From contig CBDCTA010000026.1 in assembly GCA_965221955.1 (NCBI GenBank), positions 1 through 64,000 on the forward strand: a stretch of 64,000 bases of DNA, given 5' to 3'. The stretch comes from Gammaproteobacteria bacterium (GTDB lineage: Bacteria; Pseudomonadota; Gammaproteobacteria; UBA4575). Both the position numbers and the translations under genes were made by a program. Under the pieces are notes generated by a model. That model had not been told where the DNA came from and did not search any database. It worked only from the letters and a program-made list of their open reading frames with translations. Below, in pieces: positions 30,176 to 41,043 of the stretch (its first letter is position 1; the number at the start of each line of letters is the position of its first letter).

Positions 30176-31555
30176 TTAAGCTTTTGTCTTTTTTGCGGAC
30201 TTCTTTTCAACTCTGGCAGAAAGATGCCCTTTAGCCAACTGAATATTAATCCTGTCGTTTAGAGCTACTTGCTTATAATCGTGCAAAATCTGCCCATCTG
30301 TTTCTCGGCTGGCAATTGCATATCCACGATTTAGGGTGGCTAAAGGGCTAATGGCATCTAATGTTCGCGCCAAGGTGTGAAAGGCTTGTTGTTTTTGCTC
30401 GAATTTAAGTTCAATACTGGAATGTATTTGCTTGTGAAGTTGATTTAACTTGAACTTGGCTTCTTGTACTCGAGTTTTGGGAGACTGGTTTTCAAATTTA
30501 AACAATAGCTTACTTAAAAAATTACGCTGCTCGGATAAATTGAATTTAACCGCACTCAATGCGCGTCTTTGTAGCTCGATAAGATGTTCTTGTTTACGCT
30601 GAATAACTTGTTGAGGGTGTAATGACTGCAATCGCTGGCTAAGCCAATCAATAGCTTGGTGCAGATTGCTGAATAAATCTCGCACTAAGTACAGCAAGGT
30701 GCTTTCATATTGGGTAACAGTATCTAGCAATTCATCTTGATGTGGAGTGATCAATTCAGCAGCAGCCGACGGCGTGGGTGCACGCAAGTCGGCAACAAAA
30801 TCCGCTATGGTAAAATCGACTTCATGACCTATGCCTGAAACGATAGGGATTTTTGAAGCATAGATCGCACGGGCTACATCTTCCTCATTGAAGGACCATA
30901 GATCTTCAATTGAACCACCACCACGCGCTAATAGAATAATGTCGCATCGTTTTTGTTTATTAATGGCGTGTAAAGCATCAACAATAGCTTCTGCCGACCC
31001 ATCACCTTGTACAGGTACAGCGTATATACGTATGTTTAACAGAGGATAACGTCGTTCTAAGACGCTTAATATGTCACGTATTGCGGCTCCTGTAGCAGAA
31101 GTGATGATCGCAATTGATTTTGGATAAGTGGGTAGTGTTTGTTTATTTTCATTGTCAAATAAACCTTCTTGTTTGAGTTTTTGTTTTAATTCTTCATATT
31201 TTCGCTGTAGTAGACCTACTCCAGCTTCTTCCATATGCTCAATAGTGAGTTGGTATTCACCTCGTGGTTCATACACCCCTACGCGTGCACGTACTAATAC
31301 TTGCATACCATCTTCCGGCTGGAAGGGTAATAATCGGTTCGCATTGCGAAACATCGCACAACGTACTTGTGCCTGAGCATCTTTTAATGAAAAGTAGATA
31401 TGTCCTGAGGCAGGTTGAGCCACATTGGAAAGTTCACCTTCTACCCAAAGCAGAGGGAAACTTTGTTGAAGCAGTTGTTTAACCTCTCGGTTGAGTTGCT
31501 GAACAGAGTAAATTTCTCGTTCTTCAAAGTTCATGTCTACTTGTTTACTATCCAT
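30176..31555 (-). CDS. xseA: Exodeoxyribonuclease VII large subunit
   Basis: WVEGELSN, SGHIYFSLKD, RGGGSIEDLWSFN, GHEVDFTIADFVADLRAPTPSAAAE. Confidence 0.98.
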   Translation of the reverse strand: MDSKQVDMNFEEREIYSVQQLNREVKQLLQQSFPLLWVEGELSNVAQPASGHIYFSLKDAQAQVRCAMFRNANRLLPFQPEDGMQVLVRARVGVYEPRGEYQLTIEHMEEAGVGLLQRKYEELKQKLKQEGLFDNENKQTLPTYPKSIAIITSATGAAIRDILSVLERRYPLLNIRIYAVPVQGDGSAEAIVDALHAINKQKRCDIILLARGGGSIEDLWSFNEEDVARAIYASKIPIVSGIGHEVDFTIADFVADLRAPTPSAAAELITPHQDELLDTVTQYESTLLYLVRDLFSNLHQAIDWLSQRLQSLHPQQVIQRKQEHLIELQRRALSAVKFNLSEQRNFLSKLLFKFENQSPKTRVQEAKFKLNQLHKQIHSSIELKFEQKQQAFHTLARTLDAISPLATLNRGYAIASRETDGQILHDYKQVALNDRINIQLAKGHLSARVEKKSAKKTKA

Positions 31556-31671
31556 GCTGGTTATAGTACGCGATCTTTATGGGAGTAGGGGGCATAAATA
31601 ATCGCTGATTAACATTTACCAGGTCATGCTCAGTCACTATAATGAGCCGCCACTTAGGCACAGGAACGCTC

Positions 31672-33129
31672 ATGCGAATTCGACAAGACGCGCTTACATT
31701 TGACGATGTCTCTCTCGTCCCAGCTCACTCCAGCGTCCTACCGCGCGATGTAGACCTCAAGACTCGGTTGACCCGAGAAATCTCTTTAAACATGCCCTTG
31801 GTTTCCTCTGCGATGGATACTGTCACCGAGGCGCGTCTTGCGATCTCAATGGCGCAAGAGGGTGGTTTTGGGGTAATACATAAAAATCTTTCCGTGGCGC
31901 AACAAGCTAATGAAGTCAGCTTAGTGAAAAAATTTGAAAGCGGCGTAATCAAAGAACCAATATGTGTTGAGCCAGGCACGAGTATAGGTGAGGTGTTGGA
32001 GCTTACTCGTGAAAAAAATATTTCCGGTGTTCCGGTTGTATCAGGTGAGTCTTTAGTGGGCATTGTAACTAGTCGTGATTTACGTTTTGAAAAGCGTAGA
32101 GACGAGCCAGTTTCAAAAATCATGACACCACAGGAACGTTTAGTCACAGTAAAAGAAGGCGCTGGAAAAGATGAAATCAAAAAACTTTTGCATGAGCATC
32201 GAATTGAAAAAGTTTTAGTAGTGAATAATGATTTTGAGTTGCGTGGACTCATTACTGTAAAAGATATTCAAAAATCAAAAGATTTCCCTTTGGCTTGTAA
32301 AGATCATGAGGGTAGTTTGATTGTCGGTGCAGCGGTAGGGGTGGGTGCTGAAGCGGATGAACGTGTAAAAGAACTAGTAAAGGTTGGCGTGGATGTAATT
32401 GTGGTCGATACCGCGCATGGGCATTCGCAAGCTGTGCTGGATCGAGTGAGTTGGGTAAAGAAAAATTTCCCAGAAGTTCAAGTCATTGGCGGCAACATTG
32501 CTACAGGTGAGGCTGCAAAAGATTTAATTAAGGCGGGTGCTGACGCGGTTAAAGTGGGTATTGGTCCTGGCTCAATCTGTACTACAAGAATTGTTGCAGG
32601 TGTGGGCGTGCCACAAATAAGTGCCGTAGATCATGTATGCGAAGCCATTAAAAATGAAGTGCCGGTGATTGCTGATGGCGGCATCCGATATTCTGGGGAT
32701 ATTTCAAAAGCGATTGCAGCAGGTGCGAATACGGTAATGATTGGTGGTTTATTCGCAGGCACAAAAGAAGCGCCAGGAGAAGTTGAACTTTATCAGGGCC
32801 GTTCTTATAAGAGCTATCGTGGCATGGGTTCTTTGTCTGCTATGCAACAAGGTTCAAGTGATCGTTATTTCCAGGATGATGAAACAAGTTCAGAAAAATT
32901 TGTACCTGAAGGTATTGAAGGTCGTGTGCCATACAAAGGTACTGTGGTAAATATTTTACAACAACTACTTGGTGGCTTGCGTTCGAGTATGGGTTATGTT
33001 GGTTGCAGTAATATTGATGATATGCGTACAAAACCAGAGTTTGTAAAAATATCTGCTGCGGGTAATCGAGAAAGTCATGTGCATGATGTAACGATTACGA
33101 AAGAAGCACCAAATTATCACGTCGAATAA
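31672..33129 (+). CDS. guaB: IMP dehydrogenase
   Basis: LTFDDV, CBS pair, [19 protein letters not shown]; likely start ATG 31672. Confidence 0.99.
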   Translation: MRIRQDALTFDDVSLVPAHSSVLPRDVDLKTRLTREISLNMPLVSSAMDTVTEARLAISMAQEGGFGVIHKNLSVAQQANEVSLVKKFESGVIKEPICVEPGTSIGEVLELTREKNISGVPVVSGESLVGIVTSRDLRFEKRRDEPVSKIMTPQERLVTVKEGAGKDEIKKLLHEHRIEKVLVVNNDFELRGLITVKDIQKSKDFPLACKDHEGSLIVGAAVGVGAEADERVKELVKVGVDVIVVDTAHGHSQAVLDRVSWVKKNFPEVQVIGGNIATGEAAKDLIKAGADAVKVGIGPGSICTTRIVAGVGVPQISAVDHVCEAIKNEVPVIADGGIRYSGDISKAIAAGANTVMIGGLFAGTKEAPGEVELYQGRSYKSYRGMGSLSAMQQGSSDRYFQDDETSSEKFVPEGIEGRVPYKGTVVNILQQLLGGLRSSMGYVGCSNIDDMRTKPEFVKISAAGNRESHVHDVTITKEAPNYHVE

Positions 33130-33165
33130 TTGTTTTCGAGCGTACATCTTTAGCTGTATTTTTTC

Positions 33166-34731
33166 ATGAAAAATATTCATGCCGATAAAGTATTAATTCT
33201 TGATTTTGGATCTCAATACACACAGCTTATTGCACGACGGGTTCGTGAACTTGGAACCTACAGTGAAATTTATCCTTGGGATATCGCATTAGAAAAAATC
33301 ACTGAATTCAATGCCAAAGGCATTATTCTTTCGGGTGGCCCTGAGTCGGTCATACTTGAAAACACACCTGAAATTTCTACTGAACTCTTAAATCTAGGTA
33401 TTCCTGTGCTTGGAATTTGCTATGGCATGCAAGCATTGGCTGAAAAATTGGGAGGAGAGGTTGAAGAATCCAATCATAGAGAGTTCGGTTATGCGCAAGT
33501 TAATGTTGAAAATGATAGCGAATTACTTGATGGGCTTACTGACGAGCCTACAAAAAATGCACTAGATGTTTGGATGTCGCATGGTGATCGTGTTACTAAA
33601 CTGCCAAATGGTTTTACAGTGATTGCAAGTACAGACAGTGCACCTATTGCTGCAATCGAAAATCAACAGAAAAAAATCTATGGCTTGCAATTTCATCCAG
33701 AGGTCACGCATACCAAACAAGGCAAGCTGATTTTGCAACGTTTTGTACATGATATATGTGGTTGTGGTTCGGATTGGACGGCTGCCAACATCGTTCAAGA
33801 GTCCATAGAGAACGTAAAACAACAAGTTGGTACTGAGCATGTCATTTTAGGTTTGTCGGGCGGGGTGGATTCGTCTGTTGTTGCAGCCCTCTTGCATAAA
33901 GCGATAGGTGATCAACTTACTTGTATATTTGTAGATACTGGATTGTTGCGTTTAAACGAAGGTGATCAAGTGATGGAGACTTTTGCGCAGCACATGGGTG
34001 TAAAAGTCATTCGTGTGGATGCAGAGCAACGCTATTTAGATGAGTTAGAAGGAGTTGCGGATCCAGAAGACAAACGAAAAATTATTGGCAATTTGTTTAT
34101 TAAAATTTTTGAAGAAGAGTCTGCGAAGTTGACCAATGCAAAATGGTTAGCGCAAGGAACCATTTATCCAGATGTAATCGAATCTGCAGGTGCAGCTACT
34201 GGTAAAGCACACCTAATTAAGTCACACCACAATGTAGGTGGTTTGCCTGAAGACATGAAGTTGAATTTGGTTGAGCCCTTGCGGGAGCTTTTTAAAGATG
34301 AAGTACGTACGATTGGTGATGAGTTAGGATTGCCACACGAAATGATTCATCGTCACCCTTTCCCGGGCCCAGGTTTAGGTGTTCGTATATTGGGTGAGGT
34401 TAAAAAACAATATGCAGATTTACTGCGGCTTGCAGATGATATTTTTATTTCAGAACTTCGTGTACAGAACTTATATGATGAAGTGTCACAAGCCTTTGCA
34501 GTGTTTTTACCTGTGAAGTCTGTGGGTGTTATGGGTGACGGCAGAAAGTACGATTTTGTTATTGCATTGCGTGCAGTAGAAACTATCGATTTTATGACTG
34601 CACGTTGGGCGCATTTGCCGTATGAATTTTTAGATCATGTGTCGCGAAGAATCATAAATGAAATCGAAGGTATCTCGCGCGTGACTTATGATATTTCCGG
34701 CAAACCACCCGCCACTATTGAATGGGAATAA
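33166..34731 (+). CDS. guaA: GMP synthase (glutamine-hydrolysing)
   Basis: [44 protein letters not shown]. Confidence 0.99.
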   Translation: MKNIHADKVLILDFGSQYTQLIARRVRELGTYSEIYPWDIALEKITEFNAKGIILSGGPESVILENTPEISTELLNLGIPVLGICYGMQALAEKLGGEVEESNHREFGYAQVNVENDSELLDGLTDEPTKNALDVWMSHGDRVTKLPNGFTVIASTDSAPIAAIENQQKKIYGLQFHPEVTHTKQGKLILQRFVHDICGCGSDWTAANIVQESIENVKQQVGTEHVILGLSGGVDSSVVAALLHKAIGDQLTCIFVDTGLLRLNEGDQVMETFAQHMGVKVIRVDAEQRYLDELEGVADPEDKRKIIGNLFIKIFEEESAKLTNAKWLAQGTIYPDVIESAGAATGKAHLIKSHHNVGGLPEDMKLNLVEPLRELFKDEVRTIGDELGLPHEMIHRHPFPGPGLGVRILGEVKKQYADLLRLADDIFISELRVQNLYDEVSQAFAVFLPVKSVGVMGDGRKYDFVIALRAVETIDFMTARWAHLPYEFLDHVSRRIINEIEGISRVTYDISGKPPATIEWE

Positions 34732-34746
34732 GTTCTCATTAGCATT

Positions 34747-35196
34747 TTGAATGACGATCAAAAATGGATGCGTGAAGCATTAGTTCTAGCCGAACATGCG
34801 ATGTCACGAGAAGAAGTGCCTGTGGGGGCAGTGGTTGTTCTTGAAAATAAAATTATTGGTAAAGGCTGGAACCAACCTATTGCGAGTAATGATCCTAGCG
34901 CGCATGCTGAAATTGTTGCCTTACGTGATGCAGGGGAAACTATTAAAAATTATCGATTACTAGACGCTGCGCTTTATGTAACCCTAGAACCTTGTTTAAT
35001 GTGTGTGGGTGCGATGTTGCATGCACGTATTAAAAAATTAGTGTTTGGTGCGTTCGACCCCAAAACAGGTGCCGCGGGGTCAGTCTTTAATTTGTTCGAA
35101 GATTCTCGACATAACCATAGTGTTGATGTGCAAGGTGGTGTATTAGAGAAAGAAAGCGCAGAGTTGCTGCAAACGTTCTTTCAGCAACGAAGATAG
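34747..35196 (+). CDS. tadA: tRNA adenosine(34) deaminase
   Basis: EVPVGAV, HAEI, TLEPCLMC, DPKTGAAGS; TTG start. Confidence 0.97.
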   Translation: MNDDQKWMREALVLAEHAMSREEVPVGAVVVLENKIIGKGWNQPIASNDPSAHAEIVALRDAGETIKNYRLLDAALYVTLEPCLMCVGAMLHARIKKLVFGAFDPKTGAAGSVFNLFEDSRHNHSVDVQGGVLEKESAELLQTFFQQRR

Positions 35197-35200
35197 TGCA

Positions 35201-36598
35201 TTAGTTTTGAGCCAGCTTCTCATACAGTTCACCCTTGTTTTCTAGCCATACCAGCAAATCGAAGTAGTTGCGGATGTTCTGTACGTAGGTTACAGGTTCA
35301 CGGCCGCGGGCGTAGCCAAAGCGAGTTTTTTCATACCATTTTTTGTTGCTGAGAAGTGGTAAGTACTTTCTTACATCCATCCATAGATCTGGGCTATCCC
35401 CAGCATTTTGAGTAAGAATCCGCGCATCTTCTAAATGACCAAAGCCAACATTGTAGGCTGCGAGCGCCATCCAAGTACGATCGGGCTCCCTGATACGAGA
35501 AGGAATTTTTGCATGCATGGACAAAAAATATTCTGTGCCACCGAGTACGCTCTTATGGGGATCCACTCGATTTTCAATTTTAAGTAATTTTGCAGTATCG
35601 CGCGTTAACATCATCAAACCTTTTACACCTGTAGGAGAAACAGCATTTGAGTTCCATAAGGATTCTTGATAACTCACAGCAGCAAGGAAGCGCCAGTCTT
35701 GATCAAACTCGATTGCTGCTTCTTTGAAAAGATTTTGATATTTAGGTAAACGTTCACGCACATGTTTTAGAAAAGTGTGACTATCAACAGGAGTGATGTC
35801 AGCAACGTGACCAAAATACTTTTCTCTTAAATGTGTAAGTGTTCCATCTTCTTCTATTTGGCTAAAAAATTTATCAACTGCTTTTTGCAAAGAGTCGTCT
35901 TCAGATTTTTTTAATGCCCACGCCAATGGTTGTTCAGGCCCGAGGCTAAACCCAATTCTTAGGCTAGGAAAATATCGACGCGTAACTGCAAGCTCGTTTG
36001 AGTCAGCAATGGTGTAGTCGATGAGGTTGTCAGAAGTTAATAACATCAACTCTTCGGAAGTTAAATCGGGATACTCTTTCCATGCTAAATTAGGGAAAAA
36101 TTCTTTATGGTTTAAAAGCATTTGTGCATGCGTGCTGCCTTGTACAACAGCTATTTTTTTGCCTTGCAAATCGTCAATAGATTTGGGCTTTTGTTGGCCT
36201 GATCTATAGGCAATCTGTGAGACAACTTTTGTATATTCTGGTCCAAAATCCACATAGGCTTCGCGTTGCTTTGTGTGGGTGATGCCCGCGGCACCGATAT
36301 GTGCAGTACCATTTACAACACTAGGTAATATTTGGTGAAATTCATTTTGGACTTCGATGTTTAATTCAACCCCTAAATAATCTGCAAACAATTTTGAAAG
36401 TTCATACTCAAAACCTGTAGGGCCGTTTGGTCCAATATAATAAGTGGTCGGGCTATTGCGTGTGATTACATTTAATTTATTTGAACGTTTAATTTCATGC
36501 AATAAAGAAGAAGAATATTGTTGGTTTACAACAAATAGAATTACAAAAGCTGAAACAGCTAACAAAACTATTCCTAATTTTTGCATAGTAGATTTCAT
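35201..36598 (-). CDS. mltF: Membrane-bound lytic murein transglycosylase F
   Basis: Solute-binding domain plus SLT domain (YQES, GLMML, AAYNVG, GYARGREP). Confidence 0.95.
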   Translation of the reverse strand: MKSTMQKLGIVLLAVSAFVILFVVNQQYSSSLLHEIKRSNKLNVITRNSPTTYYIGPNGPTGFEYELSKLFADYLGVELNIEVQNEFHQILPSVVNGTAHIGAAGITHTKQREAYVDFGPEYTKVVSQIAYRSGQQKPKSIDDLQGKKIAVVQGSTHAQMLLNHKEFFPNLAWKEYPDLTSEELMLLTSDNLIDYTIADSNELAVTRRYFPSLRIGFSLGPEQPLAWALKKSEDDSLQKAVDKFFSQIEEDGTLTHLREKYFGHVADITPVDSHTFLKHVRERLPKYQNLFKEAAIEFDQDWRFLAAVSYQESLWNSNAVSPTGVKGLMMLTRDTAKLLKIENRVDPHKSVLGGTEYFLSMHAKIPSRIREPDRTWMALAAYNVGFGHLEDARILTQNAGDSPDLWMDVRKYLPLLSNKKWYEKTRFGYARGREPVTYVQNIRNYFDLLVWLENKGELYEKLAQN

Positions 36599-37354
36599 AA
36601 GTTCTAATTGCGGCGAGAAGTTATGTATTTAGACGTTAGTATCCAACCTGAGTTCAGGAAATATTCTATAAACGAATAAGGCAATGAACTGTGACATGCC
36701 TTGCAAGTGTGCCTTAATTAATAGAAAAACTGTAATGAAATTTTCTATTTCTCAATAAAAAAATAAACAAACTTACGCGTCTTTATTGATGATCAAAAAA
36801 AGCTTATTTATAGTAGTTAATTAAACAATTACGCTAAGTAATTATTCTTTGGTAAATAATTTTAAATTACGAAATGCTCTTGAGAAAACTAAGGAATAGT
36901 CAGCGGCTTCAATAGATATTTCTTAAATTATACAAATATCTATTTTTTGACAGATGTAGCACTTCAAATGAGGAGTAAAGAATTTTAGTGAGCCAGTTAA
37001 TTGTTATTACATTATTTAACGCAAACTATTTCTATTGTAAAAAATGTAAATATTTGTTATTCGCAATGAGTCTTGGTCTATTTAAAGCCTACATCTTTGT
37101 CTGAATTGCCATAGCGTGAAAATTTATCTCTAAAATTATATTTATTAATCATTAAGTTACAAATTTACATAAAAAATAACTGCTAAGCCTATGTTAAACA
37201 CAAGTAAATTGTTGTAATTTCTTCCTATAACATTTAAAAATAAATGTATATTCATGCAGAATATTGCTAATAGTAATTATCTCGATAACCTTTCAAATAT
37301 ATAACTAGATAATCTCAAAAAAACTAAAATAAGCCTTACTAACTAGAGAGAGAA

Positions 37355-39262
37355 ATGGCTGCACATGGCGACGATAACAATACGGCATCTTTGATAGATA
37401 GAGTCTCTGAGCGGGACGATGATTTTGAACGAGTATTGGGTGAAGTTATTGATTTGCCCGCATCACTCGATGCACAAAAAAATTTATCAGAAGAACCATA
37501 CGAAATAGGTGACTTACTTGTTTCTTATTTAGAGCAGCTTGGCGTTGAGTTTGTGTTTGGTATTCCTGGTGGTGCAATTGAGCCTCTATACAATGCACTT
37601 GCTAGAAGTGAAAGAAGAGGTGGAGCGAAGTCTGTAGTAGCTCGGCATGAAACTGGTGCTGCATTTATGGCAGATGGTTATTCAAGAAATAGTGGTAACC
37701 TTGGGGTGTGTTGTGCAACAGCAGGACCAGGTGCTACAAACTTGATAACTGGTGTTGCTTCTGCGTTCGATAATCATTCACCAATGTTGGTGATCACTGC
37801 ACAAACCGCAATAGAAAACTTTGGTCGCAACGCGGCACAAGAATCCGCGGATACAGGAATTAATACAGTAGCAATGTTTGAGCATTGTACTCATTACAGC
37901 ACATTGGTTTCACATATTAATCAGTTTGAACAAAAACTCGCATCTGCAATTATGACGGCCTACCGCTCTCCTATGGGGCCCGCACATTTAAGCATTCCGC
38001 TTGATGTGTTAAGGCATCCAAGCTCTGCGCAATATCCTTCATATGACCTTTCAAGCTTGTTGTGGCAGCCAAGTCCGATTGATATGGATAGCTTGAACAT
38101 TTTTTGTGGAGAACTCTCGGCATCAAACAGTTTAGTTTTTATCGTTGGTGAAGGGTGTTCTCAAGGAATTGGTTCAATTTTAAATACTGCGTTGAAATTT
38201 AATGCCAAAATCGTAACCACACCACATGCGAAAGGCTTGGTGAGTCCGTATCATCCTTTATTCCGCGGCGTATTAGGTTTTGCAGGTCATGCTAGTGCAA
38301 TTGAGACGATAGATAGTGAAGTAGATACCATTGTTGCAATTGGTACCACATTAAGTGAAACAGCAAGTAATACTTGGGATCAAAAAGTATTAAATCAAAA
38401 GCTGATTCACATTGATTCTTCTGAAGATAACTTAATGCATTCCCCCATGGCACGGTTACATGTTAGGGGTGATATCGCAAAAATATTTGAACACGTCGAA
38501 ACGAAATTTGATATTCAAAAACCTTCTAGCTCAAACGATCGTGTAAGTTACGTTTCTAAAGAATTTAAAAGAAAATCTAAAAAGAAAGAAAAAACTTTGA
38601 AACATCATTTCGAGATGAATGATGTAGAGAAATGCAGTGATAATTCATCACCAATAAAGCCACAAAGGCTCATGCAGCTTTTGCCAAAAATATTTCCACC
38701 TGAAACTAAATACCTATGTGATTCAGGCAATAGTATGGCGTGGTCCATACATTATTTACATCCGTATGATCGAAGGTTAGCTGGATCTAGAGGTGAAAAT
38801 GGTGGATTGTTTTGGACATGTTTAGAATTTGGCTCCATGGGGTGGGCTATTGGCTCATCAATCGGTACGGCGCTTACAAACAGAAAACGGCCTGTTGCTT
38901 GTTTAACAGGTGATGGTGCTATGTTGATGTATGGTGGTGATGTAACCGTAGCGATACAAGAGAAATTACCTGTAGTGTTTATTGTTTTAAATGATTCCGA
39001 ATACGGGATGGTTAAGCACGGGCAAAGATTGGGTCATGCCGAAAGAGTGGGTTATAAACTTCCTGAAATTAACTTTGTTGAATTTGCGCATTCCATGGGA
39101 ATGAACGCACGTCGAATTAATACGGTTGTAGATTTGGAGAATCTTGACGTGAAAGAATTAATTTCCCACGGTCCTGCAATTTTGGAAGTCATGATTGATA
39201 AAGAAGAGGTACCACCAATAGACAGTCGACTAAAGGCTTTAGGTACAATTAACGGTAACTAA
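37355..39262 (+). CDS. Thiamine-diphosphate-dependent enzyme (acetolactate-synthase-like superfamily)
   Basis: FGIPGG, RHE..AAFMADGY, GPGATN, GSMGW, GDGAMLM...NDSEYGMV; no ilvH-like small subunit nearby. Confidence 0.9.
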   Translation: MAAHGDDNNTASLIDRVSERDDDFERVLGEVIDLPASLDAQKNLSEEPYEIGDLLVSYLEQLGVEFVFGIPGGAIEPLYNALARSERRGGAKSVVARHETGAAFMADGYSRNSGNLGVCCATAGPGATNLITGVASAFDNHSPMLVITAQTAIENFGRNAAQESADTGINTVAMFEHCTHYSTLVSHINQFEQKLASAIMTAYRSPMGPAHLSIPLDVLRHPSSAQYPSYDLSSLLWQPSPIDMDSLNIFCGELSASNSLVFIVGEGCSQGIGSILNTALKFNAKIVTTPHAKGLVSPYHPLFRGVLGFAGHASAIETIDSEVDTIVAIGTTLSETASNTWDQKVLNQKLIHIDSSEDNLMHSPMARLHVRGDIAKIFEHVETKFDIQKPSSSNDRVSYVSKEFKRKSKKKEKTLKHHFEMNDVEKCSDNSSPIKPQRLMQLLPKIFPPETKYLCDSGNSMAWSIHYLHPYDRRLAGSRGENGGLFWTCLEFGSMGWAIGSSIGTALTNRKRPVACLTGDGAMLMYGGDVTVAIQEKLPVVFIVLNDSEYGMVKHGQRLGHAERVGYKLPEINFVEFAHSMGMNARRINTVVDLENLDVKELISHGPAILEVMIDKEEVPPIDSRLKALGTINGN

Positions 39263-39373
39263 TTTAGTTTTAGTTATTTCAATTAGCCAATATTTCAATT
39301 GGCAAATAATAAAAACAAAAAATGTTTTGCAACTATGTTTTACAATATAGTGCTATGAAATCGAATAATAACC

Positions 39374-40186
39374 ATGTCAGCCGACAAAGATAAACAAGAA
39401 GTAATCCATACTAAAATCTGGAACGAAGAACCGGAGCCAGATAATCCTTTTGCAGCCAAAAAATGTTACTGCGCAGGGTACGATGTATATGGTGATCTTC
39501 TTGGTAAAGCTTCTTGGGCAGAATATTTATACTTATTATTTAAATTAAAAAAGCCTACACCTGAACAAGCAAAGTTACTCGAAACAATTGCTGTAGCAAT
39601 TGCTAACCCTGGAATTCGTGACCATAGCGTTCGCGCAGCAATGAATGCGGGAGTAGGCGGGTCAACTGCTGCGTCTGCGTTGATGGCTGCGTTGGCTGTT
39701 GGTGCCGGACAGTACGGAGGCGCGCGAGAAGTTTATATATTGTTGAAGCTCTGGAAAGAATGTAGTTATGACTTAGCAAAATGGAAACACGCAATTTTTA
39801 ATCCACCAAAATCAAATTCTCCAAGTGGCTGGCCTGATATTAATCACCCAATTGGATTTGATCCAAACTCAGATTGCTTCCCATTACCTTTTAAGCAAAC
39901 TCTAAATGAATTGATAAGTATTTCAAAGAGTAAATCCTTGGTTTGGTTGCTCAAGAATAAAAATGAATTGCAAGAAATTGCTGGTTGTCCATTGTCGTTA
40001 ACAAGTGTAATTGCTGCGGCACTTTTCGATTTAGGATTTGATTGTGAACAAGGTGAGATGCTCTATTTGTTGCTTAGATTACCTGGTGCTGCTGTACACA
40101 GCATTGAACAAAAACATATTGGTTGGCGAAATTTTCCATTTTATTTAAATGGTTTAGAGATATTAGATGACCCAGTTATTAAATAA
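39374..40186 (+). CDS. Citrate synthase/citryl-CoA lyase-fold protein 1
   Basis: GYDVYGDLLG, SVRAA, GAGQYGGA, RLPGAAVH pattern of the citryl-CoA lyase-like family. Confidence 0.7.
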   Translation: MSADKDKQEVIHTKIWNEEPEPDNPFAAKKCYCAGYDVYGDLLGKASWAEYLYLLFKLKKPTPEQAKLLETIAVAIANPGIRDHSVRAAMNAGVGGSTAASALMAALAVGAGQYGGAREVYILLKLWKECSYDLAKWKHAIFNPPKSNSPSGWPDINHPIGFDPNSDCFPLPFKQTLNELISISKSKSLVWLLKNKNELQEIAGCPLSLTSVIAAALFDLGFDCEQGEMLYLLLRLPGAAVHSIEQKHIGWRNFPFYLNGLEILDDPVIK

Positions 40187-40195
40187 GGAATAATA

Positions 40196-41011
40196 ATGGA
40201 AAGAAGTGATAAGTTTGGCCATAAAAGGTTGCTTGAGTTTGAAGATTTTTGTAAATCTAAGTTAGGAGGCTCTATTCCTGGTGAGCGTGCAGTGTTTCGA
40301 GGAAGGGATGTTTTTAATGAATTCAAACATTGGTCATGGTTAAAAATGCTTTATTTTTGCGTAATCGGGACTGAGCCAGCTGAAGAGACAGAAAAATTTT
40401 TAAATGGACTATATTGCACTTGTTTTAATTTTTCTGACCCTCGTATTTGGAATAACCGAGTGGCTGCTTTAGCAGCAACTGCTTCAAGCACTGCACAACT
40501 AGGAGTTTGCGCCGCATCTGCTATATCTGAAGCTGAAATATATGGGGGTCCACCCGTATCGGAAGCATTAAGCTTTTTACTTGAAGCAAAGAAAAAATTT
40601 GATAGAGGGGAAACAATTAAGGACATTGTTGATATTGAGTTAAACTCAAATGGAGTTTTATATGGGTTTGGTAGACCGATTAATAAAAATGACGAGAGAA
40701 TTATTCCAACTCTTAATCTGCTTAAAGAGCTTAACTTATACGATCGACCATATATTCAATTCGCATTAAAAATACAAAATGAATTGTTAAGCAGAAAAAA
40801 TAAAACAGGGTTTAATATTGGTGGAGTTATGGCGGCTTTCTGCGCTGATGATGGGATGACTCCAAAACAATTGTATCAATTGATGGTTGTTTGTTTTTAT
40901 GTGGGACAACTTGCTTGTTATATAGAATCAGATAGCAAAATTGTTGGGTCGTTTTATCCTTTACGGTGCAATAAAATTTCATACTCAGGGCACAAAGGAA
41001 AAGTTTGGTAG
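40196..41011 (+). CDS. Citrate synthase/citryl-CoA lyase-fold protein 2
   Basis: FRGRDV, DPRIWNNRVAALA, YGG, YGFGRP...DER, NIGG, terminal YSG. Confidence 0.7.
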   Translation: MERSDKFGHKRLLEFEDFCKSKLGGSIPGERAVFRGRDVFNEFKHWSWLKMLYFCVIGTEPAEETEKFLNGLYCTCFNFSDPRIWNNRVAALAATASSTAQLGVCAASAISEAEIYGGPPVSEALSFLLEAKKKFDRGETIKDIVDIELNSNGVLYGFGRPINKNDERIIPTLNLLKELNLYDRPYIQFALKIQNELLSRKNKTGFNIGGVMAAFCADDGMTPKQLYQLMVVCFYVGQLACYIESDSKIVGSFYPLRCNKISYSGHKGKVW

Positions 41012-41043
41012 TTCTATTAAGCAAGTTTGGGTAATAAGTAAGT

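Noticed and set aside
37355-39262. Calling the ThDP enzyme ilvB/ilvI
   Set aside because: No regulatory subunit or ilvC nearby, divergent sequence and a specialised-metabolism context.
39275-39306. 16-bp tandem repeat TATTTCAATT(A/G)GC(C/A)AA x2
   Set aside because: Only two AT-rich copies, with no support for function.
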